Shown piece after piece: positions 38,379 to 47,192 of a stretch of DNA of 64,000 bases (its first letter is position 1; each line of letters starts with the position of its first letter). A model generated the notes under the pieces. It was not told the origin of the DNA. It searched no databases and saw only the letters and a program-made list of their open reading frames with translations. The stretch comes from a virus, in the IMG/VR virus record IMGVR_UViG_3300001683_000028, positions 3,891 through 67,890 of that record; one strand, 5' to 3'. The position numbers were made by a program, and so were the translations under genes.

Positions 38379-38821
38379 TGTCAAAAAAAAAGAGCAAATC
38401 TTATCAGCATAAGATAGTTGAGATATCATTTGATCAAATGAAATTAAATAATTTTTCAAACTCAAATGGTATAAGCAATATGCTTACCGATAGCTCCATA
38501 GATGATAGAATTTCCGACTTAAAATCAGAGTTATTAGAAGAGATTTATGAAATAATTCATGGAGATTATTTAACTGAGCATCAAAAGAAGATTTTATTTA
38601 TGCGTCTTATGGGTAAAACTCAAAATGATATTGCAAAACATCTTGGAATAACTCAGTCAGCAGTGCACAAGGCCATGCATGGCAATATAGATTATAAGAA
38701 TAATAAAAAGCGATATGGAGGAATAGTCAAGAAGTTACAAAAAATATGTGCCACGCATACGCGTGTGCACGAAATTCTTGTATCAATAGAGGAGATAAAA
38801 TCAGAGTCTGATGAATCTTGA
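38372..38821 (+). CDS. sigma region-4-like helix-turn-helix protein
   Basis: LTEHQKKILFMRLMGKTQNDIAKHLGITQSAVHK. Confidence 0.75.
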   Translation: MVMSKKKSKSYQHKIVEISFDQMKLNNFSNSNGISNMLTDSSIDDRISDLKSELLEEIYEIIHGDYLTEHQKKILFMRLMGKTQNDIAKHLGITQSAVHKAMHGNIDYKNNKKRYGGIVKKLQKICATHTRVHEILVSIEEIKSESDES

Positions 38822-38824
38822 ATT

Positions 38825-38834
38825 CTATTAATAA
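38825..38834 (+). promoter_or_regulatory. YTAYTAATW motif at the start of the structural cluster
   Basis: CTATTAATAA, with a variant CTGCTAATTG at 38879. Confidence 0.55.
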
Positions 38835-38961
38835 CATTGGAAACGGGTAGTAAACTATTATTTGTTATTTTTATTTTTCTGCTAATTGATTGATATAAAT
38901 CAAAGAATAATATAAGTTTAAAAGATTATATTATTATAAGCAATATGGAGCACTATATAGT

Positions 38962-39441
38962 ATGTCATTTTTAGATAAAGCCTTGATAGAATTTTCTAAT
39001 AATTCAAAGCCAGGAATTTCTGGAAAAAATAGAATAAAAATTACAGATGACCTGAGAATTAAGAAGGTTGCCTTTGATATGGTCAAGGTATATGGAGATG
39101 AGTACAATGATCTTTGGAGGATTGAAAATACAGATGATGGCGACTTTCTAGTTAGAGCTTCTAACCCAGAGTTTCAAGTAAAAGAGAGTAGTAATTGGAA
39201 GGCAGTTAGTGATTTTGGCTGTGAAAATATTACTCTTTCATACTGTGGAGTTCCAATAGCAAGATTTGCTTCAAGTGAATATTCGTTTTCCCCAGAGGAT
39301 ATTGGGATGTTTAAGGCAGCATTGCTTGAGAGAGCTGTAGATGACAGTGAGTTTGTAAAGCAAGTTTTTGCTAGTCAGTCTGATGCGAAGAGGGCTGCAA
39401 TTAGTGGCGCTTTCCCAGAGTTAAAAGATATCATAAAGTAG
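38962..39441 (+). CDS. hypothetical protein (head cluster)
   Basis: GGAG RBS; first gene of the structural block. Confidence 0.7.
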   Translation: MSFLDKALIEFSNNSKPGISGKNRIKITDDLRIKKVAFDMVKVYGDEYNDLWRIENTDDGDFLVRASNPEFQVKESSNWKAVSDFGCENITLSYCGVPIARFASSEYSFSPEDIGMFKAALLERAVDDSEFVKQVFASQSDAKRAAISGAFPELKDIIK

Positions 39442-39454
39442 GAAATAAATAGTT

Positions 39455-41005
39455 ATGAAAGATATTTCAAGATTAAAGCTAGAGGCAGAAAAAGCAATTG
39501 AAAAGCTTGTAAGTGGCAAGACATATACCTCAAAATACGCTCTTAGTAGGATCAACGCGGCCTTAGATAAGAGTCCGAACGACGTTTTAATCGGAACGAT
39601 GAGGGACGTGGTCGAAAAGTATGCTCAAAAAAACCCATTTATAACTCAAACAAAAATAGGCTCACTATACGACCATCTTTGCGGCTTTTCACATAACAAG
39701 GGGACTTTCAGAGATAGTCTTGAGGACTTACTTCCTTCTAAGAATAATATAACTCCAGACATAACCAAGGGGGCCGCTGGGTCTAGAGTAGACCACCGTG
39801 GTCAATTGCCTCCGTTGGTTGAAGACTCAGATCTGTCTAGAGAGCTTTCGGGAGTATTTTCATTAGATTCTGGGCCGACAATTCCTAATTATAACAACAA
39901 TACTTTGCGTAGAGCTGAAAAATTTGCAAAAGTTCAGCTAAATTCAATTGGGCACCCTCCGGTTAGCGTGTCTGCAGTTAGATCTAATAATCACTTTGTA
40001 TTATGCAGCGCAACATATAAGATGGCAAACCATGATACGGTAAGTGTCGCAATTCCAGTTGGAATACATAATGGAGCACCATCGCTACCAAGCAAATTTA
40101 TAAAAAGCGGAAGTTTGACAGACCTGAGTGGGGATAGTTTATTCTTACATTTGAAGGAGGCTCAGCATGAACTTTCGGAATCGAGATCTCAGGCTGAGTT
40201 TAGAAGGGGCGATTCAATAAAGGCAGATCCTGTTAGCGTCCCAAGTGCTTTAGAGGGTATCGTAAAAATTGATGACGCATTAGTTGTTGCCGCTTCTAAT
40301 TTTTCAGTAGATCAAGTAATGATGGCATCAAACATTGTTGCATCTGAGCTTTCTGGGTACGGAGTTGTAAACCCGCAGGTGTCGGTTAGTTCGGCAACTG
40401 ATTCATCAATAATTCTTTCTGCAGATATTCCAACTAAGAAGGGCAGGCTGGCTGTTTCGGTTCCAGTAGAAATGGTAAATGGACAGCCAATTCTTCCGAG
40501 TTCTTTTGAGTTTGAAAAAATATCATATGACTTTAGCAATATAGGGTTTAATAAATTCTCAAATGATATTTCTGTAAGAGATGCTAGCGTTGTTAGCAGG
40601 CAGATGAAAGAGATGAGCAGGCAATCATATCATAGCCTAATTGACTCCATGATAGATGGTGTGTCTTCCGGCGACCTTAGAAGAGCCGAAGATGCGCTGG
40701 CAACAATTGGGGGGAAGTTTGATTCCGGACAGTATAAAGCGGCCTTTAATAAGTTTGGCAAGCTGCTAAAGCACTCATCCAAGGGTAGCGAAAGAGATAG
40801 GCTAATAAAGTCAGCCTTAAAGTCTGGTGAATTAATCGTAGTTCCAACTTCCGTTGAGCCATATTGCCCAAAGCTTGGCTTGCCAGCAAGCAAAATAGCA
40901 TTTGACGATAAGGGCAGAATAATTCCTGCAAGGAAATCATCTAAGGCGGATAATCTTGATGAGTCAGGAGCTATGATGTCTTCTTACAATATTTCAATAT
41001 CTTAG
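39455..41005 (+). CDS. hypothetical protein with an internally duplicated domain
   Basis: VSVS..L.SA..VAIPVGIHNGAPSLPSKF and VSVS..LSA..VSVPVEMVNGQPILPSSF. Confidence 0.75.
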   Translation: MKDISRLKLEAEKAIEKLVSGKTYTSKYALSRINAALDKSPNDVLIGTMRDVVEKYAQKNPFITQTKIGSLYDHLCGFSHNKGTFRDSLEDLLPSKNNITPDITKGAAGSRVDHRGQLPPLVEDSDLSRELSGVFSLDSGPTIPNYNNNTLRRAEKFAKVQLNSIGHPPVSVSAVRSNNHFVLCSATYKMANHDTVSVAIPVGIHNGAPSLPSKFIKSGSLTDLSGDSLFLHLKEAQHELSESRSQAEFRRGDSIKADPVSVPSALEGIVKIDDALVVAASNFSVDQVMMASNIVASELSGYGVVNPQVSVSSATDSSIILSADIPTKKGRLAVSVPVEMVNGQPILPSSFEFEKISYDFSNIGFNKFSNDISVRDASVVSRQMKEMSRQSYHSLIDSMIDGVSSGDLRRAEDALATIGGKFDSGQYKAAFNKFGKLLKHSSKGSERDRLIKSALKSGELIVVPTSVEPYCPKLGLPASKIAFDDKGRIIPARKSSKADNLDESGAMMSSYNISIS

Positions 41006-41014
41006 TGGTAAATT

Positions 41015-41575
41015 ATGAATAAATTAGATAAATTATTAAGTGGGATTAAGAGCTCAAACAGAAGAGAGCGCATAATTAAGTTGGCCAGAATTGGGGCGCT
41101 TAAAGGTGTTAAGGTGGCATCCGGTGACCAGCATGGAATTTTTCAGCATTTTCAATCTGATGTTGTAAATTATTCTACCAGAGAAAAGTTATTAGAAATG
41201 CGAGGCGGAGATAAAGGACCATCAAGTGATGGTCTTTATGGTGTAGGGCCCGAGCATGATGAGTCATTTAAGCCATCAGAATCTATTCCGCATAGTTTAT
41301 CCACAAGGTATTCCCCAGATAGGGTCGGTGTTCAGGCAAGAAGAGTCGGTGATGGAATATACCAAGATCCATATACAAAAAAAATATATGATTATAATGA
41401 CGGATTCAAGACAGAGGATGGAAGAGACTTTTCCGGCGGCGGAGTATCTTTGCAGTCAAACATAATGAGATTGGGCAAGGCAGATGTGAGTGCTATTAGA
41501 AAGATTTCTTCAGGCCTAAGGAATAGTGGTAATTATTTGCTAGCGAAAAAAATTGAAGAAAAATTTGGACTATAA
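41015..41575 (+). CDS. hypothetical protein (head cluster)
   Basis: ORF with KLA/KVA motifs and a C-terminal helical module. Confidence 0.7.
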   Translation: MNKLDKLLSGIKSSNRRERIIKLARIGALKGVKVASGDQHGIFQHFQSDVVNYSTREKLLEMRGGDKGPSSDGLYGVGPEHDESFKPSESIPHSLSTRYSPDRVGVQARRVGDGIYQDPYTKKIYDYNDGFKTEDGRDFSGGGVSLQSNIMRLGKADVSAIRKISSGLRNSGNYLLAKKIEEKFGL

Positions 41576-41617
41576 AGTATAGTTAATTAATTTATCGCAA
41601 GGCTGATAGGATATATA

Positions 41618-42292
41618 ATGAGCAAGGTTTTGCGCCATCCAGATAAAGAAGATATAATTGCTAGACTTATTTCTGGAGATTCGGTCAAAGAAGTAGATAG
41701 CTGGCTAAAGTCTAAGTATCCAAGAAAAAAAAGATTACACATTTCATACATGACCCTGCAGAAGTTTAGATCTGAGCATTTAAATTTGCGGGGCGAAGTT
41801 CTTGAGGATATAAAGAATAAAAGGTCTGAAGTTGACAAGGCTTCAGTCGCAGCTGAAGCTAAGATGATAATCGAAAATTCTTCAGCCTATCAAGATAAGA
41901 TTAATGAGATTGCATCTAACGAGATGGACGTAACCAGAAGGCTGCTGGAAATAGAGTCTCTTGTTAATTCTAGAATAAAATATTATTATGATCTTCTGAA
42001 TAATGGAGGAAATCTTCGGGAGGATAAGATATTCTTAGAATATATTTCTGCCCTAAAGGGCATTATGCAAGATTGGAAAAAATATATAGAGGGAGTTGCT
42101 GACCAAAAAATTGAGCATAATATAAGCGTGAGCGTTGTCCACGATCACGCGGAAGTATTAAAGTCGGCAGTTTTAGATGTTTTAAATGAAATGAGCCCTG
42201 AGTTAGTTGGCGTATTCATAGACAGAGTTAGCAGCAGAATGCGTGGCCTATCCTTGGACGATAGCAGGCAGATAGGAGTAATAGATGTCTGA
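41618..42292 (+). CDS. HTH plus coiled-coil protein, terminase small subunit candidate
   Basis: N-terminal HTH-like HPDKEDIIARLISGDSVKEVDSWL followed by a helical oligomerisation-like region; lies upstream of terL. Confidence 0.4.
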   Translation: MSKVLRHPDKEDIIARLISGDSVKEVDSWLKSKYPRKKRLHISYMTLQKFRSEHLNLRGEVLEDIKNKRSEVDKASVAAEAKMIIENSSAYQDKINEIASNEMDVTRRLLEIESLVNSRIKYYYDLLNNGGNLREDKIFLEYISALKGIMQDWKKYIEGVADQKIEHNISVSVVHDHAEVLKSAVLDVLNEMSPELVGVFIDRVSSRMRGLSLDDSRQIGVIDV

Positions 42293-42533
42293 TAACAAAG
42301 AAGATAAATTAGCGCTATTGTATATAGAAGATATAAATAGCATTATTTCATTCAAAGATTGGATAAAAAAGAATCTTCCATCTTTTGCAGAAAGAGACCC
42401 TACGGAAAATGAGATAGAAAGATTTCTAGACTTTGTAGAGAATAAGAAGAGGGAGCAAATAAAGCCGGAGAAAGCTGCGGATTGGCGAGATAGAATAAAG
42501 GTTCTAAGAGAGAGGGTTAGAAAGCAGCCTTAA
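42285..42533 (+). CDS. hypothetical protein
   Basis: Coupled ORF with GGAG RBS. Confidence 0.6.
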   Translation: MSDNKEDKLALLYIEDINSIISFKDWIKKNLPSFAERDPTENEIERFLDFVENKKREQIKPEKAADWRDRIKVLRERVRKQP

Positions 42534-42534
42534 T

Positions 42535-43956
42535 ATGAATCTTTTTTTTAAAAATAAGTTGCAAAAAATGAGCTTAAGAACGAGTATAGGTGGGTCAAGA
42601 TTAGTTGGTCGAGCCTTAGATATGTCTAATCTTGGAATAGACTCAGAGAATAAATTAAGAAATTTTCTTAAAACAAATGAACAAATAAGACTAATGAGTG
42701 GAAGTGTTGATAATAAGATTGCTGCAAAAATAGCGAACAAAAATACTAATTTATTAAGTACAAATGATATTTGTTATGAGATTATAAAAGAAAAGTTAAG
42801 CATGAGTAAGATAAAAAAAATTGCTTATCCTAGTGGGCCAACATATTACTCTGAGGATATTTATCAAGAGTATAATATAGAGAAATGGGCCGCATTAGTT
42901 CATAAAATATATTCTGCAGTTGAATCTGGAGATATGGTTCTTTCTAATGCGATAGATTATTACGGAGATACTCTTAATAATAACCCGGGAGAGAGTGATA
43001 ATTTTAAAAAGTGGATGAAATACTATGGTGATGGAAACCACGTAAAATATAGCGAAGAGAGTCATGTTATGGAAAAGAATGCAGTATATGGAATCAGTTT
43101 ATTGGGGGCTGGAGAATACGACAGGCCGTCAACTTACGATGCAAATGTTGCATCTGGCAAGAATGATGGTAGGCGAAGTGAGGAGTTTTCGGTTTGGAGG
43201 AGGCAACTTCATTCTGCAATCAGACGTATAGATAAGTTAATGAGATCTTCAAAGATGGAGAGTGGCTCATATCGTGAGATGGCGGAAATGTTATTAAATT
43301 TAAGCGATAAGGTGGTTGGGCTGTCGCCGGTTACAGCCGCTGATCTAACTTATCGTGCTGCAAATATTTTAAATAAATTTGGAAGAAAAAATGATGCAAA
43401 ATCTTTAATAAAAATAGCCCAAGAGGCTCCTGTGGATATCGACAGCACCACTGTTGCTCAGCCAAAAACTCCGGACGAAGCGGGGATAGCGCCACCCACT
43501 CCTGCTGTAAATGTTGAGGAAAAGTCACCCGCAGAGGAAAGGGCTGGAGAGATGGGGCTGGAAAGCTCAGACTTATCTGAGCCAGTTCCTCTTGAGAAAA
43601 TAAAAATACCTGAGCCAAGGCCAGGTGAGTACGATAAGATTTTGGGGGATATAAATCTAGATGATGCAAGTAATAAGCTTGACGAAGTTGCGGGGATGCT
43701 CGCTGACAGAAGAATAATAAGACTTTTGGCAGAGTTTGATATAATGTTAGATAAGCTTGGTATTGCATCTATGTTTCCAGAACTGGCAGAATCACAGAGT
43801 AAATTAATCGACGGCTATTCATATGCGTTAACGCGTGTTACAAAAATGATGGGACAACTTTCTAATGCAAAATCATTTGTTGATAATGATCGGGGTTCTG
43901 TGCCAGGGGTTGAGGATGAGGCTGCAGCAAAGGGCTTAGAGAATCCGGAGGAATAA
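42535..43956 (+). CDS. hypothetical protein (putative internal head protein)
   Basis: Multiple K-x-A motifs (KIAY, KNAV, KIAQ). Confidence 0.7.
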   Translation: MNLFFKNKLQKMSLRTSIGGSRLVGRALDMSNLGIDSENKLRNFLKTNEQIRLMSGSVDNKIAAKIANKNTNLLSTNDICYEIIKEKLSMSKIKKIAYPSGPTYYSEDIYQEYNIEKWAALVHKIYSAVESGDMVLSNAIDYYGDTLNNNPGESDNFKKWMKYYGDGNHVKYSEESHVMEKNAVYGISLLGAGEYDRPSTYDANVASGKNDGRRSEEFSVWRRQLHSAIRRIDKLMRSSKMESGSYREMAEMLLNLSDKVVGLSPVTAADLTYRAANILNKFGRKNDAKSLIKIAQEAPVDIDSTTVAQPKTPDEAGIAPPTPAVNVEEKSPAEERAGEMGLESSDLSEPVPLEKIKIPEPRPGEYDKILGDINLDDASNKLDEVAGMLADRRIIRLLAEFDIMLDKLGIASMFPELAESQSKLIDGYSYALTRVTKMMGQLSNAKSFVDNDRGSVPGVEDEAAAKGLENPEE

Positions 43957-44757
43957 ATGATACCGGAACTAAAAATAATCAGCGATGTTGCTGAGAAATA
44001 TTTGCTTTCAGAGCCAAGAATAGTTGGAGGAATCCCCAGGGATTACCTCTTTGATGGAAGCAAGTTTAGGTTCCACGATATTGATATAACAACAAATTCA
44101 GAGGATATACTTAGGCTTGCAGTTTTAGCGTCAAAAGAGCTAAACAGTGGGTTTAAGATTTTTTCTGATGGTCATGCAACTATATTCCATAAAGAGTTTT
44201 CATTCGATTTTTCATCTAGATTCATATCTGAGTCAGCAAAGAAATTTTTAAGAAGAGAAATGCCCCATCTTAATGAAGATGTCCTTGAGGCATATAGCAG
44301 AGATTTTACAATAAATACTCTTGAGGCAGATTTTTCATTAAATAATATTTATGATCCCACAGGTATGGCCGCAAAAGATATAGAGAAAAGAATTATTCGA
44401 CCAGTTACTACCGCAGAAATATGCCTTACGGATGATCCAAGGAGAGTTTATCGGGCGATAAAAATGGCTTCAAAATATGATTTGGAAATAGATGATAGCA
44501 TTTTTGAGTTTTCGCAAAATAACAATAAATTATTTAGCCCAGTTCACAGCCAAGAAGTAAAGAATCAATATATTACTACAGCCATTAATACGGCCATGGA
44601 ATTTGATGGAAAGAAGACATTTGAAAACTTATCTAAATTAAGGTTATTATCTGCGGTTCCCCTTTCAGGAGCGTTTAAAGATTGGATTATTAAAAATAGA
44701 ATGCTTAATCGTTATTTTGAAAGTATAGATCTAGAGTATGTTGAAAATAATGATTAA
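43957..44757 (+). CDS. class II tRNA nucleotidyltransferase/poly(A) polymerase family protein
   Basis: IVGGIPRD, DIDITT, SRDFTIN, DPTG, DDPRRVYRAIK. Confidence 0.88.
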   Translation: MIPELKIISDVAEKYLLSEPRIVGGIPRDYLFDGSKFRFHDIDITTNSEDILRLAVLASKELNSGFKIFSDGHATIFHKEFSFDFSSRFISESAKKFLRREMPHLNEDVLEAYSRDFTINTLEADFSLNNIYDPTGMAAKDIEKRIIRPVTTAEICLTDDPRRVYRAIKMASKYDLEIDDSIFEFSQNNNKLFSPVHSQEVKNQYITTAINTAMEFDGKKTFENLSKLRLLSAVPLSGAFKDWIIKNRMLNRYFESIDLEYVENND

Positions 44758-44772
44758 ATCAAATAAAAGTCT

Positions 44773-44782
44773 CTACTAATAG
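44773..44782 (+). promoter_or_regulatory. YTAYTAATW motif
   Basis: CTACTAATAG followed by TATAAT. Confidence 0.55.
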
Positions 44783-44795
44783 GATATTATAATAT

Positions 44796-45203
44796 ATGAT
44801 TAGAGGAAGAACAAAAAAATGTCCATTCGGGCTAGATATTCCAGAAGGCTGTAGGTGTGCGGGAAGCTCTGTGAATATTATGACCCAAGTAGATGGATCT
44901 GGCGAAGATAATGCTCTTAAGGTTATAGATAGTAACTATGATATTATGTTTTCTACCGATGATATTTCGAACTGTATATTTGCAGATGCAATAATTGATG
45001 ACAAAAATATCGTTGAGTGCAAATTTGACTCAAATCATGAGCGAAAGCCTGCTGGAAATATCGGCTTAAATGGATCGCCGCATTACCCGCATATTTTTTC
45101 TGGGAATGCACCAAAGATAGATAGCGCGTTTCCAGTTAGAAACTATGTTGATGATAATTATAATAATAATGCTTATTATGGTCTTTTTTCTATAATTAGC
45201 TAA
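44796..45203 (+). CDS. Cys-rich hypothetical protein
   Basis: CPFG..GCRCAG, CIFAD, ECKF. Confidence 0.65.
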   Translation: MIRGRTKKCPFGLDIPEGCRCAGSSVNIMTQVDGSGEDNALKVIDSNYDIMFSTDDISNCIFADAIIDDKNIVECKFDSNHERKPAGNIGLNGSPHYPHIFSGNAPKIDSAFPVRNYVDDNYNNNAYYGLFSIIS

Positions 45204-45213
45204 GGAAATAAAA

Positions 45214-46209
45214 ATGATAACTAAAATAGCAAATACATTCTCTGAAGATGAGAGTGTGGCGAAATCTGATGAGAAAGAAACGAGCAGAGTCATCGGAGAT
45301 ATTCATCAAATATTAGATGATGAGATATTTTATACAGAAAATTTGGTAGAAATCCTTGGCGAAGAGGAAGATCAAACTGTGGGCGAGTTTATCGAAAGCG
45401 TCGAAGAAGATATTGAAGAAATGAAAGAGACGCTTGATGATACTTCTGAAATAGCATCTGATATAGATAGTGAGTTTGGTGACGAAAAGCTTTCAACTTT
45501 ATTGCCTGGCTCAGAATCGTTGGCAGATAGCGAGGATGAGGATGAAGATGAGGCAAAAGATACAGATTATGCAAATGATGGTGATCTATCGAAGTTTATG
45601 CAATATATAAGTGAGTGTTACCCCTCAAAAATCCCTCAGCATGATGGGAAGTCAATGCTTGGATGCGAGCGGGCTACTACCTTTTTAGAAAGGATAAATA
45701 ATGAGATTTCAAGAGCAATAAGGGACGATGTTGACGGCAAGCTTTCAGATGATATCGAGACTCTTGAGGACATTAGAATTAATATTATGAAAGATATTTT
45801 AGTTTTAAAAGATCATTTATCCGGATTAAAGAAGAAATTCAAAGATAAGCATGAAAAGAAGGCTGCGCCATTATGGGTGAACGGCGCAGGTGAAAATGTA
45901 ACGATTGATGGGGAAATAAGCAAGAATGCTTCTACTCCAAGCAATATAGTGATAGCAATATCAGCATTTGAAAGAGCGGTCTCAGGAATGCTAATTAACG
46001 CCACAGTATCTGCAGGCTATGATATGGAAGAGGTATATGAGTTTTTAAAAGACAAATATAAGCTTACAGATAGAGAAGAGCTTGCCATAATGCAGATAGT
46101 TGCTGATAGCGGATACCACATATTTAAGGATCGAGGGGCATTTTCTGGCGGCAAAGAAGATAAAGATAGTAATCGTGGTGTAGATTTTATGAAAAATTAT
46201 TTTGCCTAG
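45214..46209 (+). CDS. acidic hypothetical protein (putative head protein)
   Basis: AAGGA RBS; KIA/KKA/KNA motifs. Confidence 0.7.
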   Translation: MITKIANTFSEDESVAKSDEKETSRVIGDIHQILDDEIFYTENLVEILGEEEDQTVGEFIESVEEDIEEMKETLDDTSEIASDIDSEFGDEKLSTLLPGSESLADSEDEDEDEAKDTDYANDGDLSKFMQYISECYPSKIPQHDGKSMLGCERATTFLERINNEISRAIRDDVDGKLSDDIETLEDIRINIMKDILVLKDHLSGLKKKFKDKHEKKAAPLWVNGAGENVTIDGEISKNASTPSNIVIAISAFERAVSGMLINATVSAGYDMEEVYEFLKDKYKLTDREELAIMQIVADSGYHIFKDRGAFSGGKEDKDSNRGVDFMKNYFA

Positions 46210-46217
46210 GAGATAAA

Positions 46218-46550
46218 ATGAAAAATAAATTAATAAAATTAGCGAATCATCTGGATAGTAAAGGCCTAATGAAAGAGGCTGATTATTTAGATGCGATAAT
46301 AAGACGCGCCCATGGTTGGGACGATTCGGACGGCGGAGAAGATGAAAGTCCGGAGGAGAAAGTCGCTGAATTAGAGGCGAGAGTTAATCAGCTTGAAAAA
46401 GAGCTTGAAGGAATGAAGAGCGAGAATTACCAAGGGTGGTATGACGAGCAGGATGTGCATACTCAGGATGAGCATGATAGACATATGCATCAGCAAGATA
46501 AAATGAATATTATGTCAGATTTTCATAGCAATGAGATGGATATAGATTAA
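46218..46550 (+). CDS. small acidic protein with an N-terminal LxKLAxxLDxxG module
   Basis: AGGAG RBS; MKNKLIKLANHLDSKGLMKEADYLDAIIRRA. Confidence 0.75.
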   Translation: MKNKLIKLANHLDSKGLMKEADYLDAIIRRAHGWDDSDGGEDESPEEKVAELEARVNQLEKELEGMKSENYQGWYDEQDVHTQDEHDRHMHQQDKMNIMSDFHSNEMDID

Positions 46551-46573
46551 TATTTTGCCACGGAGAGCGAATA

Positions 46574-47173
46574 ATGAAGGTTAGTAGACAAAAGATAAGC
46601 GAAAGTTATAGCATAACATCTGAATGGATAAGTGATTTTGCTAATAATATAGAAAAAAATGCTGATTTCCTATCAAACGTAAAAGATGTTTTTAAGAAAA
46701 GACATGCTCCCAAAACAATTGATGAGAAGATGGCGGACATTAAGGCGCGGGTTGGGTATGGAATTGTAAAGTCTGATAACAATATTCCCCGGGCCAATAT
46801 TAAGGAGGCTAATAATAGTGACTGCTCATGTTGTAGCAGCTGCTCTTCTGGTCTGCCATGTGAGTCAGAGGGTGGTGACAAGGCTGAGTTAATAAGGTTA
46901 ATAACTCAGTTAATAGCTTATATAAAAGACTTTTTAGCTGATAGGCCTGAAATAAGTTCTGGCGCTGTGTTAGACCATTGCAGAAATCATCCGGAGCTAT
47001 CATGGAATTTGTTATCTCCAAGAATGAATCATGAGAAGTTGAAAGATTTTATAAATTCACAAATAAAGATTAGATCTTATAATAATGAGCCGGTAAAATA
47101 TATATCACATGACCATACAGGTGCGGAGCCGGAGGATACAACTCCAGAGTTTATGCGCGGCCCCTCCCTGTAA
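46574..47173 (+). CDS. hypothetical protein (head cluster)
   Basis: GGAG RBS; KNA/KEA motifs; CSCCSSC..C cluster. Confidence 0.7.
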   Translation: MKVSRQKISESYSITSEWISDFANNIEKNADFLSNVKDVFKKRHAPKTIDEKMADIKARVGYGIVKSDNNIPRANIKEANNSDCSCCSSCSSGLPCESEGGDKAELIRLITQLIAYIKDFLADRPEISSGAVLDHCRNHPELSWNLLSPRMNHEKLKDFINSQIKIRSYNNEPVKYISHDHTGAEPEDTTPEFMRGPSL

Positions 47174-47192
47174 TGTGAGGGGCACAAATTGA

